64,000 nt of DNA. Source: a virus. Taxonomy: Duplodnaviria; Caudoviricetes. The stretch spans positions 1 through 64,000 of the IMG/VR virus record IMGVR_UViG_3300010362_000016; one strand, written 5' to 3'. The position numbers were made by a program, and so were the translations under genes. Numbering within the stretch: the first letter of the stretch is position 1; each line of letters begins with the position of its first letter. The notes under the pieces are model-generated. The model saw only the letters and a list, made by a program, of their open reading frames with translations, did not search any database and was not told where the DNA came from. Positions 44,101 to 52,326 of this stretch are shown here, piece by piece.

Positions 44101-44702
44101 TCGGGCAGGGAGATCGTTCGCTTTATATGTTGAATCCCGAGTCGTTCACTTCCGTGGCGGAGGCGGGGAAATTCCAGGGTGAACTGGTGAGGTTGTTTTC
44201 AAAGATTGAGCGATGGCAGGGGGACGTCAGGTTGGAGGCGGACAGGAATCATTGTTTGACGTCGAGGTATGGGTATATCCGGAGATTCTGGGAGGTTTTT
44301 TCTCATCGGAGGGTGAAGGAGAATTACGAACCCAGGCGAGGTGAGGCGCTTTATTTGGATGGGAGAGGGGATCGGTGGGTGAGGAAGCCTGGAGCGGATC
44401 ACGAGGCCGTGGTGGCGTTCCGACCGGCGAATGATGCTTTTGGAATGAAGCGGGCGGCTCAGGTCAAAATCGCGGAGCAAGGTCTCGACGAGAAGTACGG
44501 TTTGATCTGCGACGTGCATGACGATATCCGGTTCGAGTGTCCTTCGGAGTTCCTGGATGAGATGTTGCCGGTGGTAAAGGGGATCATGGAGGAGAAGTCG
44601 CCTTACCTAGTGGATGCGGTGGTTGCTCCGGAGGGATTGTGGTGCGGAGTTGAGGGAGCCGTGGGGGCGGATTGGGATTGCTTGGAGAAAATTGAGATAT
44701 AA
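41148..44702 (+). CDS. polA: Family A DNA polymerase with N-terminal uracil-DNA-glycosylase-like domain, 3'-5' exonuclease and Zn-finger thumb insertion
   Basis: UDG-like AEALG...TYHPSF; exo YDFET, WNGRKFD, YGAYD; pol ATGQLSSENPNAQN, FDYKSFH, AKRVVYG, VHDD. Confidence 0.93.
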   Translation: MITDDGLNFVGPPGYRAGELVAKMAPEGSGISKVLVMAEALGEHEALDRLPLRPYAEAGSVFQNVLRHARVERGTLAISNLCWYRPPRNWLEGSPWQSDAIQLCRPLNDELIEKVRPKAILALGGMAFRELTGLGGEKQGIEMCRGFIVPSIKERVTWTRDEGGALRPVMGLVPWDSVPVVGTYHPSFLRRGAKEREKGGGEAAQGRTVAAGGGTQGMNLLGVLIRDLKLCFEIVRSGVPKFEYSDYKLEATLADWKQALEYLRAHPRLPISYDFETLDSLVRESEEDAEHIKRDVTQVQISWMIGQALVSTWFSDLLPVLREILQLPNPKVDWNGRKFDRPICREMAIRCDIGEWIDLMDLWHHAQPDLPRGLQFATSFVCPEVGPWKHFAISDALRYGAYDVDMPQRILAGLQRSLSLIRDSNSGMSLWGDGRYAGFTGQVLRLSPVLDGMTARGIPVDEDRRSKLDEEFSRTLGRVHYADYLRDHNLPELTNEELNKIEGISDRLQGLIPDEVKSVDPPKGYKNRPKELSRECSTCAGKKLVTNPEWKPRRIKGKRKLKEVVSEKFEFPSSVDEFVELIVESVDLSLIPAMAETTEEKIPKRIRCGSCEGEGRINLREAELPEGWVRRNFDDEEKCECVKAANQAIARAKRESKKALKVLVKAAAVIGPGDGPKPVADSDFARPPKADWTGLLHCPKCGGTGKVKITEQRWSRLAPFLPNGSAQVLRYIRFKFAEESQQLNQKFLENPPAKTTMEEFVERRRKWIVPTDYKTGAETSGEAELRRLASRTADPVLPMILEFREVAKLRGTYVKGWTPSNVQQFLDPETNLIRRIGRVHPTFGFRPATGQLSSENPNAQNFPSHSELSHAMLKMISSRPRFRMVKFDYKSFHAITAGFEAKDVDWIRIARVDIHSFLTLVGLVKAEKPEVAFGWDQPELKDRLKWWRKQDRLYSAYARQKHPAGMTFGEIRDEIAKRVVYGWEFGQGDRSLYMLNPESFTSVAEAGKFQGELVRLFSKIERWQGDVRLEADRNHCLTSRYGYIRRFWEVFSHRRVKENYEPRRGEALYLDGRGDRWVRKPGADHEAVVAFRPANDAFGMKRAAQVKIAEQGLDEKYGLICDVHDDIRFECPSEFLDEMLPVVKGIMEEKSPYLVDAVVAPEGLWCGVEGAVGADWDCLEKIEI

Positions 44703-44714
44703 GGAGGTGGATGT

Positions 44715-44942
44715 ATGGGGCGAAAAGCGTTGACCGAGGGATTGCCGGAGAAGCACTGGAGGATTGGAGAGATCGCCGAGAGGCTGGGGATCAGCTACCA
44801 GACCGCCATGAAGATGTTCGAGGACCTGGAGGGGGTCAAGATCTATGGAGAGAGGACCGGGACCAAGACCAGGAGGAAATACAGGATGGTGATGGTTCCC
44901 GATTCGGTATTGCAGGCGGAGTTGAGGAGACTGGAGAGGTGA
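44715..44942 (+). CDS. xis: Excisionase-like winged-helix protein
   Basis: WRIGEIAERLGISYQTAMKMF; convergent with the integrase. Confidence 0.75.
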   Translation: MGRKALTEGLPEKHWRIGEIAERLGISYQTAMKMFEDLEGVKIYGERTGTKTRRKYRMVMVPDSVLQAELRRLER

Positions 44943-44959
44943 TGAGATTGGGGGGGGGG

Positions 44960-44984
44960 CCTCAGGCCGGTTTGCGGCCTGAGG
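44960..44984. terminator. 10-bp hairpin at the xis/int convergence
   Basis: cctcaggccg-gtttg-cggcctgagg. Confidence 0.45.
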
Positions 44985-46239
44985 GGAAAGGGATGACTTC
45001 AGCGGGACGGGCGAACTCTCCGGTCGAGCGGGCGGCGAGGTAGTTGGCGCGGAGGTTCTCGTGCCGGGATTTGACCCAGGGATTGTAGTGCAGGATGGTA
45101 GTGCGAATGTTGCGGTGCCCGAGCAGAATGGAAACCTTGTCGATAGGCATGTTCTCGTTGAGGCGGTTGACGGCGAAGGAATCCCGGAAGCGATGCGGCC
45201 TGAGGCCTTCAACGCCGATGGTCCGGCCCAGGTTCCGCAGGGCTTTGTAAATGTGATTCGAGATGAACTGCCGCCAGGGAACGAGGCCGTCGTAGAAGGG
45301 ATAGCCTTTTGAGGAACGCGACAGAGCCCGCAGCCGCTGGGCCAGCGAGACCGGGAAGAAGACCGTGACGGGGTCGCCGGTCTTGATCTGAACGGTCGAA
45401 TAGCTCGCTACGCAGGAATCGATTACAATCCTCTCGGGGCGAAGATGCAGAGCGTCCGAGATCCGGAGCCCGGTTTCGTACATGAATTCGAGCAGCAGCC
45501 GGAAGCGCTCCGGATCGTCCATCAGCAGCGACGGGCTAGAGCGGACCAAGCGAGTATAACCCCGTCCCTTCTGGGCCAGTTCGCCTTTCATCCAGGGAAT
45601 CACCGAGTCCATGATCTTGCGGTAGTTCTGGTCGCCATCCTCATCGAGCGGCAGAGTGCGGGTTTCGCTCATGTCCTCCAGGTCGCTTTCTGGATTCCGC
45701 TTGCGGGCGCGGATTGCCTGGATCGGGACCGTCGGGTCTTTGTCTATTTTTCCCGTCCGCACGGCGAAGCGGAACATGGACCCGATCTGTCCCATGTAGA
45801 GATTGGCAGTCGAGGGCCTGAGCGGCTTCACGCTCCGGGTCATCCATCCCTGCCGCAGTTTGAGCAGGCTTGCGGTCGGGACATTGCGGGCGTCGGTGAC
45901 CCCTTCCTTCTGGAGAAAGGCCATGAGCATGTCGCCGATCATGCGATTGCGTTCCACGTAGACCGACCGGTTACCAATGGCCGTATGTTCTGCAAGGAAG
46001 GGCTCGACTATTTCGCTCAGCGGCACGGGGCGGATTTGGAGGGCGGCAAGGCTGGCGGGACTGCCCTGCTGGTTGAACTCCCTACGCTTGGCCTCGGCGG
46101 CGGCTTTGGAGTAGACCTTAAGAGCTTGCTGTTTGAGATGGACGCCATAGTCGTTGACGCCGGAAATCCACCAGCCGCACTTGCAGGAATCGCCCTTGAT
46201 GCAGGCTGGAGCGTGTTTACGTATGTAGATACGAAGCAT
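44962..46239 (-). CDS. int: Tyrosine integrase
   Basis: TGLRISD (R), K, PHRFRDSF (HxxR), LGH, HY (Y). Confidence 0.93.
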   Translation of the reverse strand: MLRIYIRKHAPACIKGDSCKCGWWISGVNDYGVHLKQQALKVYSKAAAEAKRREFNQQGSPASLAALQIRPVPLSEIVEPFLAEHTAIGNRSVYVERNRMIGDMLMAFLQKEGVTDARNVPTASLLKLRQGWMTRSVKPLRPSTANLYMGQIGSMFRFAVRTGKIDKDPTVPIQAIRARKRNPESDLEDMSETRTLPLDEDGDQNYRKIMDSVIPWMKGELAQKGRGYTRLVRSSPSLLMDDPERFRLLLEFMYETGLRISDALHLRPERIVIDSCVASYSTVQIKTGDPVTVFFPVSLAQRLRALSRSSKGYPFYDGLVPWRQFISNHIYKALRNLGRTIGVEGLRPHRFRDSFAVNRLNENMPIDKVSILLGHRNIRTTILHYNPWVKSRHENLRANYLAARSTGEFARPAEVIPFPSGRKPA

Positions 46240-46269
46240 ATCGGTAAGGCTCTAGTATACACTTTTTGC

Positions 46270-46461
46270 TTATGCAAAAGCTATGCAAATTTACAAAAAG
46301 TGTAAAAAATAAGGCTTTTTTGGAGGAAAAATGCTTGGATTGGAATCCCGGCGACCCGCTGAAACTAAAAAACTTAGCCGTAAGTTGTTGATTTTAAGAT
46401 ATCGCAAAAATCCAGCAGATCGCACAGGTCCGATTCGCTTATGCAAATCCTATGCAAATTT
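46270..46461. other. Candidate attP (arm-type repeats flanking a tRNA-3'-like core)
   Basis: TATGCAAA pairs at 46271/46282 and 46440/46451; core-like GAATCCCGGCGACCCGCT at 46343-60. Confidence 0.6.
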
Positions 46462-46480
46462 GGACCCCTGATACACGTAT

Positions 46481-46774
46481 TCACATCATCTTATTAGCGG
46501 TGATCTCGACTGCCGCCTGGAGGGCGGCGTCGTCGATGGCCGCGCCCGCGTTTTGGATGGCGGGGTCCATCACCACGGGCGGCTGGATTTGCTGAGCGAT
46601 GTTGTCGGGCGTCTGGAATGTCAGCGTCGCCCACCTCACCCTGGAGGTATGACCGGCCACCGATGCGGCCTCGTTCAAAATCGAATCGGCATACTTCAAC
46701 GCCGCGACCTTCACCCTTCCCCGGAACGTCATGTCCACCATCAACTGCGAAGATTCCTCGTATGTCATCGCCAT
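46481..46774 (-). CDS. Tail-fibre-associated small protein (paralog B)
   Basis: Aligns end to end with 46817..47110. Confidence 0.8.
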   Translation of the reverse strand: MAMTYEESSQLMVDMTFRGRVKVAALKYADSILNEAASVAGHTSRVRWATLTFQTPDNIAQQIQPPVVMDPAIQNAGAAIDDAALQAAVEITANKMM

Positions 46775-46816
46775 CTTCTCTCTCCTTCAAAATTTGAATC
46801 GCAGCAAGGCTGCGAT

Positions 46817-47110
46817 TCAGAGGATTGTGTTGACCGTCGATTCGACGGCCAGTTGTAAATCGGCGTCGGTAATCGCCGATCCCGAAGTCTGGACCTTCTC
46901 GTCCATGACCACGGGCGGTTGAATTCTCCCGGCCTCCTGGTCGGGCTGGGCGAAAACTCCCTGCGACCATTTCACGCGGGTGTTGTGCGCGGGCGTGGTC
47001 GCCGCCTCGCCCAGAATGTACGCCGCGTATTTCAAAATCGAGACCTTGATCCTTCCCCGGAAAGCTCCGTCCTGCATCAACGAAGCAGACTCGTCGTATG
47101 TCAACGCCAC
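46817..47110 (-). CDS. Tail-fibre-associated small protein (paralog A)
   Basis: MALTYDES.SLM....FRGR.KV..LKYA...QPPVVMD. Confidence 0.8.
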   Translation of the reverse strand: MALTYDESASLMQDGAFRGRIKVSILKYAAYILGEAATTPAHNTRVKWSQGVFAQPDQEAGRIQPPVVMDEKVQTSGSAITDADLQLAVESTVNTIL

Positions 47111-47150
47111 TCGGTCACCTCCTTCCCAGATCAGCGGCCATGCCGCTGAT

Positions 47151-50100
47151 CTAGGACCATTCGTTCCACGAATAAAACTGCATCTGGGATTGCGTGACCC
47201 GGTAGTTGTATCCGGGCATCACGATGAAGAACACGCTTTTGTAGTTCGTGCCGCTCTCCTGGAAGGAGCCGGTTTGCCAGATGGAAAGCACCGTCGTCGG
47301 GGTGCCGGTCGCATCGGCGTAAGCCACGACGGATTGCGTTCCCGCGCCCGCCGCTCCTTGCACGCACACCGCGACGAACAATGGCGTCGATCCGGAATTC
47401 GAATACGTCGTCCCGAAGACCCGTTGACTGGAGTTGTAGGCCGCAAACGTCGTCGGCCCTCCGCTCAGCGGGACGCCTCCAACCCGGAACTTTCCGCCGC
47501 CGATCACGTTGACGTCGCCGGAAACCTCCAGTTGATAAGCCGGATTCGTGACGTTGATCCCGACCTTGCCGTCCTGAGCCACTCTCATCCTCTCGGTCGA
47601 GTCGGTGATGCCGTTGCCGCAGGTGTAGATCGCCAGGAAGGCTCCGTGAGCGTTCGTAGCCCAGTTCTCCGTCGCGAATGCTTGAAGGCCCGTCAGGCCT
47701 GTCGTGACCCACGCTCCGTCATACCCTCCGAAGCTCAGCCTTCCGGTGTTGTCCCCAGAGAGAACCGCCGTGGGACTTCCTACGCTCCCGTTGGCTCTCC
47801 TGCACAGAAGGTGGGAAGCTCCCGCGACCCGGTCGAAGAACGCCGCCCCAGTGCTCAGGACTTGAATCGCAGCGCTGCCCACCATGTTCGCGGCGGTGAT
47901 CCCAACGCCCAGCGTCCCCACGGAATAAAGCTTGAATCCGGCGGCGTTAATATCGCTGGTCCATGGCGTCTGGGCTCCTCCAGACGAATTGACCGTCACG
48001 TTCACCGCTCCCGATCCGCTGGTCCCCGAAAGCGTCACGTTCGTTCCAGCAACGAGGTTGAGGATGGAAGCAATCCCGAAGCTCGTGGAGTTCACCCGAA
48101 CTTCCAGACCGCTCGTCGAGATCGCGACGCCGTTGATTTTGTAGCTGCCGGTGATGTTGCAGTCTCCCGTGATGGTGTGAGCGCCGCTGGATAAAGCGCC
48201 GGGGATTGTAACGGCCCCGGTCGAACGGGTGATGCTCAGCGCCGTGCTCAGAATTACCTGCGAGTCGCTGTACCGGTTGATGTTGAAATCCGACCCAACA
48301 TTGCTACCTGACTCGGCTCCGTTGTTTTTGCCCACTGCCCAACGTACGGCGCTCGCGCCCGTTCTGAGGTAAACATACGAACCTCCGCCCGCAGCGTCGA
48401 GGATGTTCACGTCGTTACCTGCGGTGACGTTGGAGGTCACGGCCAATGTCCCGCTAAAGGATGAGGAAGTCGAGGTGACCACGAAGGAAGGCAACGTCAC
48501 GGCGCTGGGACCGGAGATCGTCAGGGCCTGAGCCGCTGATCCGGCTCCATTGGCGCTCTGGATGTAGTTAATGGAGGCATTGGGGATAACCGCAAGCAAT
48601 CCATTCGAAGTGCTGGCTTGGATTGTTCCGCCCACCGTGAGGGAGCTATTTGCGCGATTGAGGAACAGCGCCGCCCCAAGGGACGCTCCCGCGTCGTTGT
48701 AGCGAAGCAACATTAAATTGCTTCCGGCGTTCGAGCCGGTTTCCGAGGTGGCGTCGGTTAGCCAGACCCACCGGTTCGATCCGCTGATCGAGAAAGCCAC
48801 CGAACCCCACGAGGCCGTGGACGGGGCGTCCGTCCGCAATCCTCCAGACGAGGAGGTGATCGCGCCCCCAGCCGATAAATTCCCGCTCATCGTCAGCGAC
48901 GAAACTCCGCTGAGCGCGAATCCGCCTCCGTCGATGTTCGACAGCCACGGGGTCTGATAGCTGGCCACGGCGGGGACCGTCGTCCATGTCGCGTCTTCCC
49001 GCAGGAATTTTGTCGTCCCTGACGTTGCGCCCGGGTCGGGAACCATCCCTGCCCTGTGAGAGCCTCCCGAGGCTCCCATGCCTACCGCTGTCAACGTGAC
49101 GTCGGCGCTCAGGGCTCCGCCACCCGTTAATCCGGTTCCGGCGATCACCTGCCTCGTCGGCGGAACAGTCGCCGGGGCCCCGGTGATCTTGGTCCAGGCC
49201 AAGCTCGTCAGCCACGTCGGGTCCGCGTACGTCGAGGCGCTCGATACAGCATTGGTCACCTGGGCTGCGTTGTAATCCCCCGTTTGTGCAACCACCGCTC
49301 CCGTCCTGGTAAAAACCGAGGTCACCGGAATCGCCGCCGCTGAGTAAGCCGTCGTCTGGGTCGTCCCGTCCGGGAAAACAAAACCTCCCGTCGCGGATCT
49401 CACCTTCCCGTTCACCTGAAGCAGGTTTGTTCCGTCGTCCGTCACGGTTCCGATCAGCACCCGCCCGCCCGTGACCATCCTCATCACCTCAGCCGAATTC
49501 GAGATGATCTTCAGGGGCTTGCTGGACTCGACGGCTCCCATCCCGGGATCGGTCGGATAGCCAGATCCATACGAACGGATCTGAATATAATCCGCGACGT
49601 TGTTCAACGCCGAAACTGTTCCACAGTCGGTTGAACTCGTGGAGACGACCCGGACGCCATCCTCCACCCCACCCGTCTGGACATAGACCCGGGCGGATGT
49701 TGATGTGGCGTGGTTGACTCCCACCGAGCCCACGTTGTTCAACTTGAACGTCGCGGCGTCGATGTCGCTTGCCCAGGGAGTTTGTGGAGACCCGCCGCCT
49801 CCGGCTGCGGCCCACTTTACTCCGAGAGGTTGAGTCGAATCCGCCGTCAGCACCTGCCCGTTGGTTCCCACGCCCAACCGCTGGACCACCGAAGCGCCCC
49901 TCACCATGAGGTCTCCCAGCGTCGTCGTCGGATCGACCATTCCTCCAGCGCCGCCCGTAGAAGAGACGGTGATGTTGATCCGGTTGTCCACTGAACTGTC
50001 CGAGATGCTCAGCGCCACATTGGCCCCCGAGATGAAGTTGAGAGCCTTCCGGGTTCCGATGGTGGTTCCGTTGTTTTGAACCTGAACTCGCTGGTTGATC

Positions 50101-51941
50101 GTGTCAGCAACGATGGAGAGGTTCCGGTCTGCTGCGAGGCTTCCTCCGCCGCTCAACCCGGTGACGTTGGGGTCTCCCGTGGAGATCATCCTGGTCGTCG
50201 AAACGGCTCCGGTCACCTGGGCTGCGGTGTAGTCTCCCGTGGCCGCGACCACCACCCCTGTCCTTCCGAAAACGGAGGAGACTCCCGCTGAAGGAGCGCC
50301 GGTAATTTTGCTCCAGGCCAATCCGGTCAGCCAGGGCGGGTCATTGTAAGTCGCCGAGGAATCTACAGCGTTGGTCACTTGTGCTGCGGTGTAATCTCCG
50401 CCCGCCGCGACTACGATTCCTTGCCTTCCGAAGACGCTCGCCACGCCAGCCGTCGGAGTCCCGTTAATTCGATAAATTCCGGTGCAGTTGATGTCGCCCT
50501 GGACGTCCATGGTGTAGGTAGCCGTCCGCCCCACCCCAACATTTCCTGAAGCATCAATCGTCAATCGTGTTTTCGTCGCGATGGTGTCGCGGATGAAGAA
50601 CATCCCGGCGGTTCCGAAGCCCACTCCGAAGTCCCATCGGTAAGCGCCGCCCAGGGTCATCTGGATCGAGGCGATGTCAGAGTTGGAAACGCTCTGCATC
50701 GCAATGGAGGGGTTGGCGGTCGATATCCGGAGTAGCTGGCCTCCCGCCGAGGCTCCTATCCCAATCCCGTTGACGTTGTTTAAATTGTGGGCGGCTGCGT
50801 CGATGTCGGTCGCCCAGGGAGTTTGCGACGCCGTCGAGACCGAAGCCCATCGGACTCCGGAACTTTGCGTCGAGTCCGCCATGAGATATAACCCATTGGC
50901 TCCCACGGTCAAGGACGTCGTCCCTGACGCCCCTCGAACGATCAGATCTCCCTTCGACGTGAGCGGATCGACCAGGAACACCGGAGCCCCGGTGATCTTC
51001 GTCCAGGCCAGGGTTGAAATCCACGTCGGATTAGAATAAGTCGCGCTCTGATCCACTGCGTTGAAGACCTGCGCGGCGGTGTAATCTCCCGAGACCGCAA
51101 CGACCGCTCCTGACCTTCCAAATACGCTGGCTACCGCTCCACCGCCTGCCGCAGCGGCCCATTTCACTCCGAGAGGCGAGGCGCTATCCACCGTCAGCAC
51201 AAATCCATTGGTCGCTCCAACAGCCAACCTTGAAGGAGCCACCGGCCCCCTCACAATCAAATCTCCCAGCGTCGTCGTCGGATCGACCATTCCCCCAGCC
51301 CCTCCAGTCGAGGAGATCGTGACGTCCAGTCGGTTCGAGGAGTTGTTATCCGTCACCTGCACGGTGACATTCGCGCCGTTGATGAAGTTGATCGCGTGGC
51401 GGGTTCCAACAACGGCGGAGCCGTTCGACATCAGTTGGATCTGCTGGTTGGTCTTATCCGCCACGACAGATAAGGTTCTATCAGCGCTGAGGTTCCCTCC
51501 GCCGGTCAGCGTCGCGTCCGTCAGGATGTTTCTCGAATTCAAAACTCCCGTGGCTGCGGTGATATCCGCCGGAGTCAACGTCACGAGCCCCGTCCGTCCG
51601 AAGACGCTCACCACCAGCGCATTCAAGGTGACGTCGAAGGTCAGCGGCCCCCCGCCGGACAGCCCAGACCCGGCGATTACCTGCCTCGCAGTTGGAACCG
51701 CTCCAACCTGAGCAGCGGTATAATCGCCGGGCTGAGCCACCACAACCCCGGTTCTCCCGAACACGCTGTTGACAGCCCCTCCGGTTGATGTGGCGATTCC
51801 CGTCAGGACGACATTCGAGAGAGTGTAGCCGCCGCCGTTGACATTCCCTCCCCAGGTCCGCTGGTCATTCGCTAAGTTATTCAAGTCATCTGCGTGGAGC
51901 TTATCACTGGGGGTAAAGTTATTCCGCGACAGCCAAGACAT
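47151..51941 (-). CDS. Long tail fibre (1596 aa) built of repeated modules
   Basis: SVFGRxGxVVAxxGDYTAAQV repeats, MVDPTTTLGDL x2, QTPW..DI x4, G/S/T-rich. Confidence 0.88.
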   Translation of the reverse strand: MSWLSRNNFTPSDKLHADDLNNLANDQRTWGGNVNGGGYTLSNVVLTGIATSTGGAVNSVFGRTGVVVAQPGDYTAAQVGAVPTARQVIAGSGLSGGGPLTFDVTLNALVVSVFGRTGLVTLTPADITAATGVLNSRNILTDATLTGGGNLSADRTLSVVADKTNQQIQLMSNGSAVVGTRHAINFINGANVTVQVTDNNSSNRLDVTISSTGGAGGMVDPTTTLGDLIVRGPVAPSRLAVGATNGFVLTVDSASPLGVKWAAAAGGGAVASVFGRSGAVVAVSGDYTAAQVFNAVDQSATYSNPTWISTLAWTKITGAPVFLVDPLTSKGDLIVRGASGTTSLTVGANGLYLMADSTQSSGVRWASVSTASQTPWATDIDAAAHNLNNVNGIGIGASAGGQLLRISTANPSIAMQSVSNSDIASIQMTLGGAYRWDFGVGFGTAGMFFIRDTIATKTRLTIDASGNVGVGRTATYTMDVQGDINCTGIYRINGTPTAGVASVFGRQGIVVAAGGDYTAAQVTNAVDSSATYNDPPWLTGLAWSKITGAPSAGVSSVFGRTGVVVAATGDYTAAQVTGAVSTTRMISTGDPNVTGLSGGGSLAADRNLSIVADTINQRVQVQNNGTTIGTRKALNFISGANVALSISDSSVDNRINITVSSTGGAGGMVDPTTTLGDLMVRGASVVQRLGVGTNGQVLTADSTQPLGVKWAAAGGGGSPQTPWASDIDAATFKLNNVGSVGVNHATSTSARVYVQTGGVEDGVRVVSTSSTDCGTVSALNNVADYIQIRSYGSGYPTDPGMGAVESSKPLKIISNSAEVMRMVTGGRVLIGTVTDDGTNLLQVNGKVRSATGGFVFPDGTTQTTAYSAAAIPVTSVFTRTGAVVAQTGDYNAAQVTNAVSSASTYADPTWLTSLAWTKITGAPATVPPTRQVIAGTGLTGGGALSADVTLTAVGMGASGGSHRAGMVPDPGATSGTTKFLREDATWTTVPAVASYQTPWLSNIDGGGFALSGVSSLTMSGNLSAGGAITSSSGGLRTDAPSTASWGSVAFSISGSNRWVWLTDATSETGSNAGSNLMLLRYNDAGASLGAALFLNRANSSLTVGGTIQASTSNGLLAVIPNASINYIQSANGAGSAAQALTISGPSAVTLPSFVVTSTSSSFSGTLAVTSNVTAGNDVNILDAAGGGSYVYLRTGASAVRWAVGKNNGAESGSNVGSDFNINRYSDSQVILSTALSITRSTGAVTIPGALSSGAHTITGDCNITGSYKINGVAISTSGLEVRVNSTSFGIASILNLVAGTNVTLSGTSGSGAVNVTVNSSGGAQTPWTSDINAAGFKLYSVGTLGVGITAANMVGSAAIQVLSTGAAFFDRVAGASHLLCRRANGSVGSPTAVLSGDNTGRLSFGGYDGAWVTTGLTGLQAFATENWATNAHGAFLAIYTCGNGITDSTERMRVAQDGKVGINVTNPAYQLEVSGDVNVIGGGKFRVGGVPLSGGPTTFAAYNSSQRVFGTTYSNSGSTPLFVAVCVQGAAGAGTQSVVAYADATGTPTTVLSIWQTGSFQESGTNYKSVFFIVMPGYNYRVTQSQMQFYSWNEWS

Positions 51942-51981
51942 GTCTTCCTCCTCTTCCTAAGTCTTCAGATCTGTAAGATCC

Positions 51982-52308
51982 TCAGGATCTTGCAGTGTCT
52001 GGAGATCCGTTGACGGTTTTGCTATCGACGATTCTCATGGGTTCCAGGGGAAGGTCAACCTGATCGGGCACGGAGACGATTAGGGTTCCGTTGGAGGCCC
52101 GGGCGTTTTCGTAGCGGTCCACTCCACGGTTGTTGAGGGCTTGGCGGATGAAGGCCCGTTGGCGTTCGGCGGTGGAGTCGAGGTTCTTTCGGGCTTGCTC
52201 CATGTCGAGTGAGAGAGCCCCGACTATTGCGAGGGCCTGGGTTCGTTCCTGGTCCATTTGACTCAGGAGGGTTGCTTCTTTTTGGTCTAGTTGAAATGTC
52301 TTTTCCAT
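51982..52308 (-). CDS. Hypothetical protein (possible fibre chaperone, coiled coil)
   Basis: Lies between two tail genes; helical. Confidence 0.72.
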   Translation of the reverse strand: MEKTFQLDQKEATLLSQMDQERTQALAIVGALSLDMEQARKNLDSTAERQRAFIRQALNNRGVDRYENARASNGTLIVSVPDQVDLPLEPMRIVDSKTVNGSPDTARS

Positions 52309-52326
52309 TTTGGTCTGTCTCCTTTT

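Noticed and set aside
46330-46365. Complete tRNA gene
   Set aside because: Only about 18 nt resemble a tRNA 3' end; no D or anticodon arms
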